Of a stretch of DNA of 51,421 nt, positions 51,400 through 51,421 are shown piece after piece. The stretch is from Octopus bimaculoides (taxonomy: Eukaryota). Both the position numbers and the translations under genes were made by a program. Numbering within the stretch: position 1 is the first letter of the stretch; every line of letters starts with the position of its first letter. Under the pieces are notes generated by a model. It ran no database searches and had not been told where the DNA came from. It saw only the letters and a list, made by a program, of their open reading frames with translations. The stretch is from positions 52,628,496-52,679,916 of the forward strand of contig NC_068984.1 in assembly GCF_001194135.2 (NCBI RefSeq), in the 5' to 3' direction.

Positions 51400-51421
51400 A
51401 CTCACACACACGCATATATAT

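Overview
This is eukaryotic, AT-rich, repeat-saturated genomic DNA with ten N-gaps. The SINE families and the microsatellite load match my recollection of octopus (coleoid cephalopod) genomes; that assignment is an inference, not a database result. I cannot support any host protein-coding gene, rRNA, tRNA gene or CRISPR array, and most ORFs in the track are microsatellite or N-run artefacts. Decayed transposon coding remnants: a Buster/Charlie-type hAT (33.4-35.5 kb); a comparatively young Tc1 whose catalytic spacing reconstructs as DD36E (Incomer-like, 35.5-36.7 kb); two mariners (15.9-16.4 and 41.5-42.0 kb); a Tx1/L1 reverse-transcriptase fragment (38.4-39.6 kb); an RTE 3' fragment (24.5-24.9 kb); and a ZMYM1/Tip100-type hAT (49.3-51.0 kb). 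There are also about 30 SINE copies, several MITEs and two Helitron 3' ends. The most interesting non-annotated signals are: (1) a type I hammerhead ribozyme with an intact core at 3620-3659, whose cleavage site overlaps one arm of a 30-bp inverted repeat, plus a second minimal hammerhead at 44510; (2) a ~460-nt segmented fold-back at 20085-20544; (3) two MITEs sharing asymmetric subterminal arms but carrying different terminal inverted repeats; (4) a minus-strand TATA+Inr core promoter at 28495-28524. Boundaries were read by eye and may be off by a few bases.
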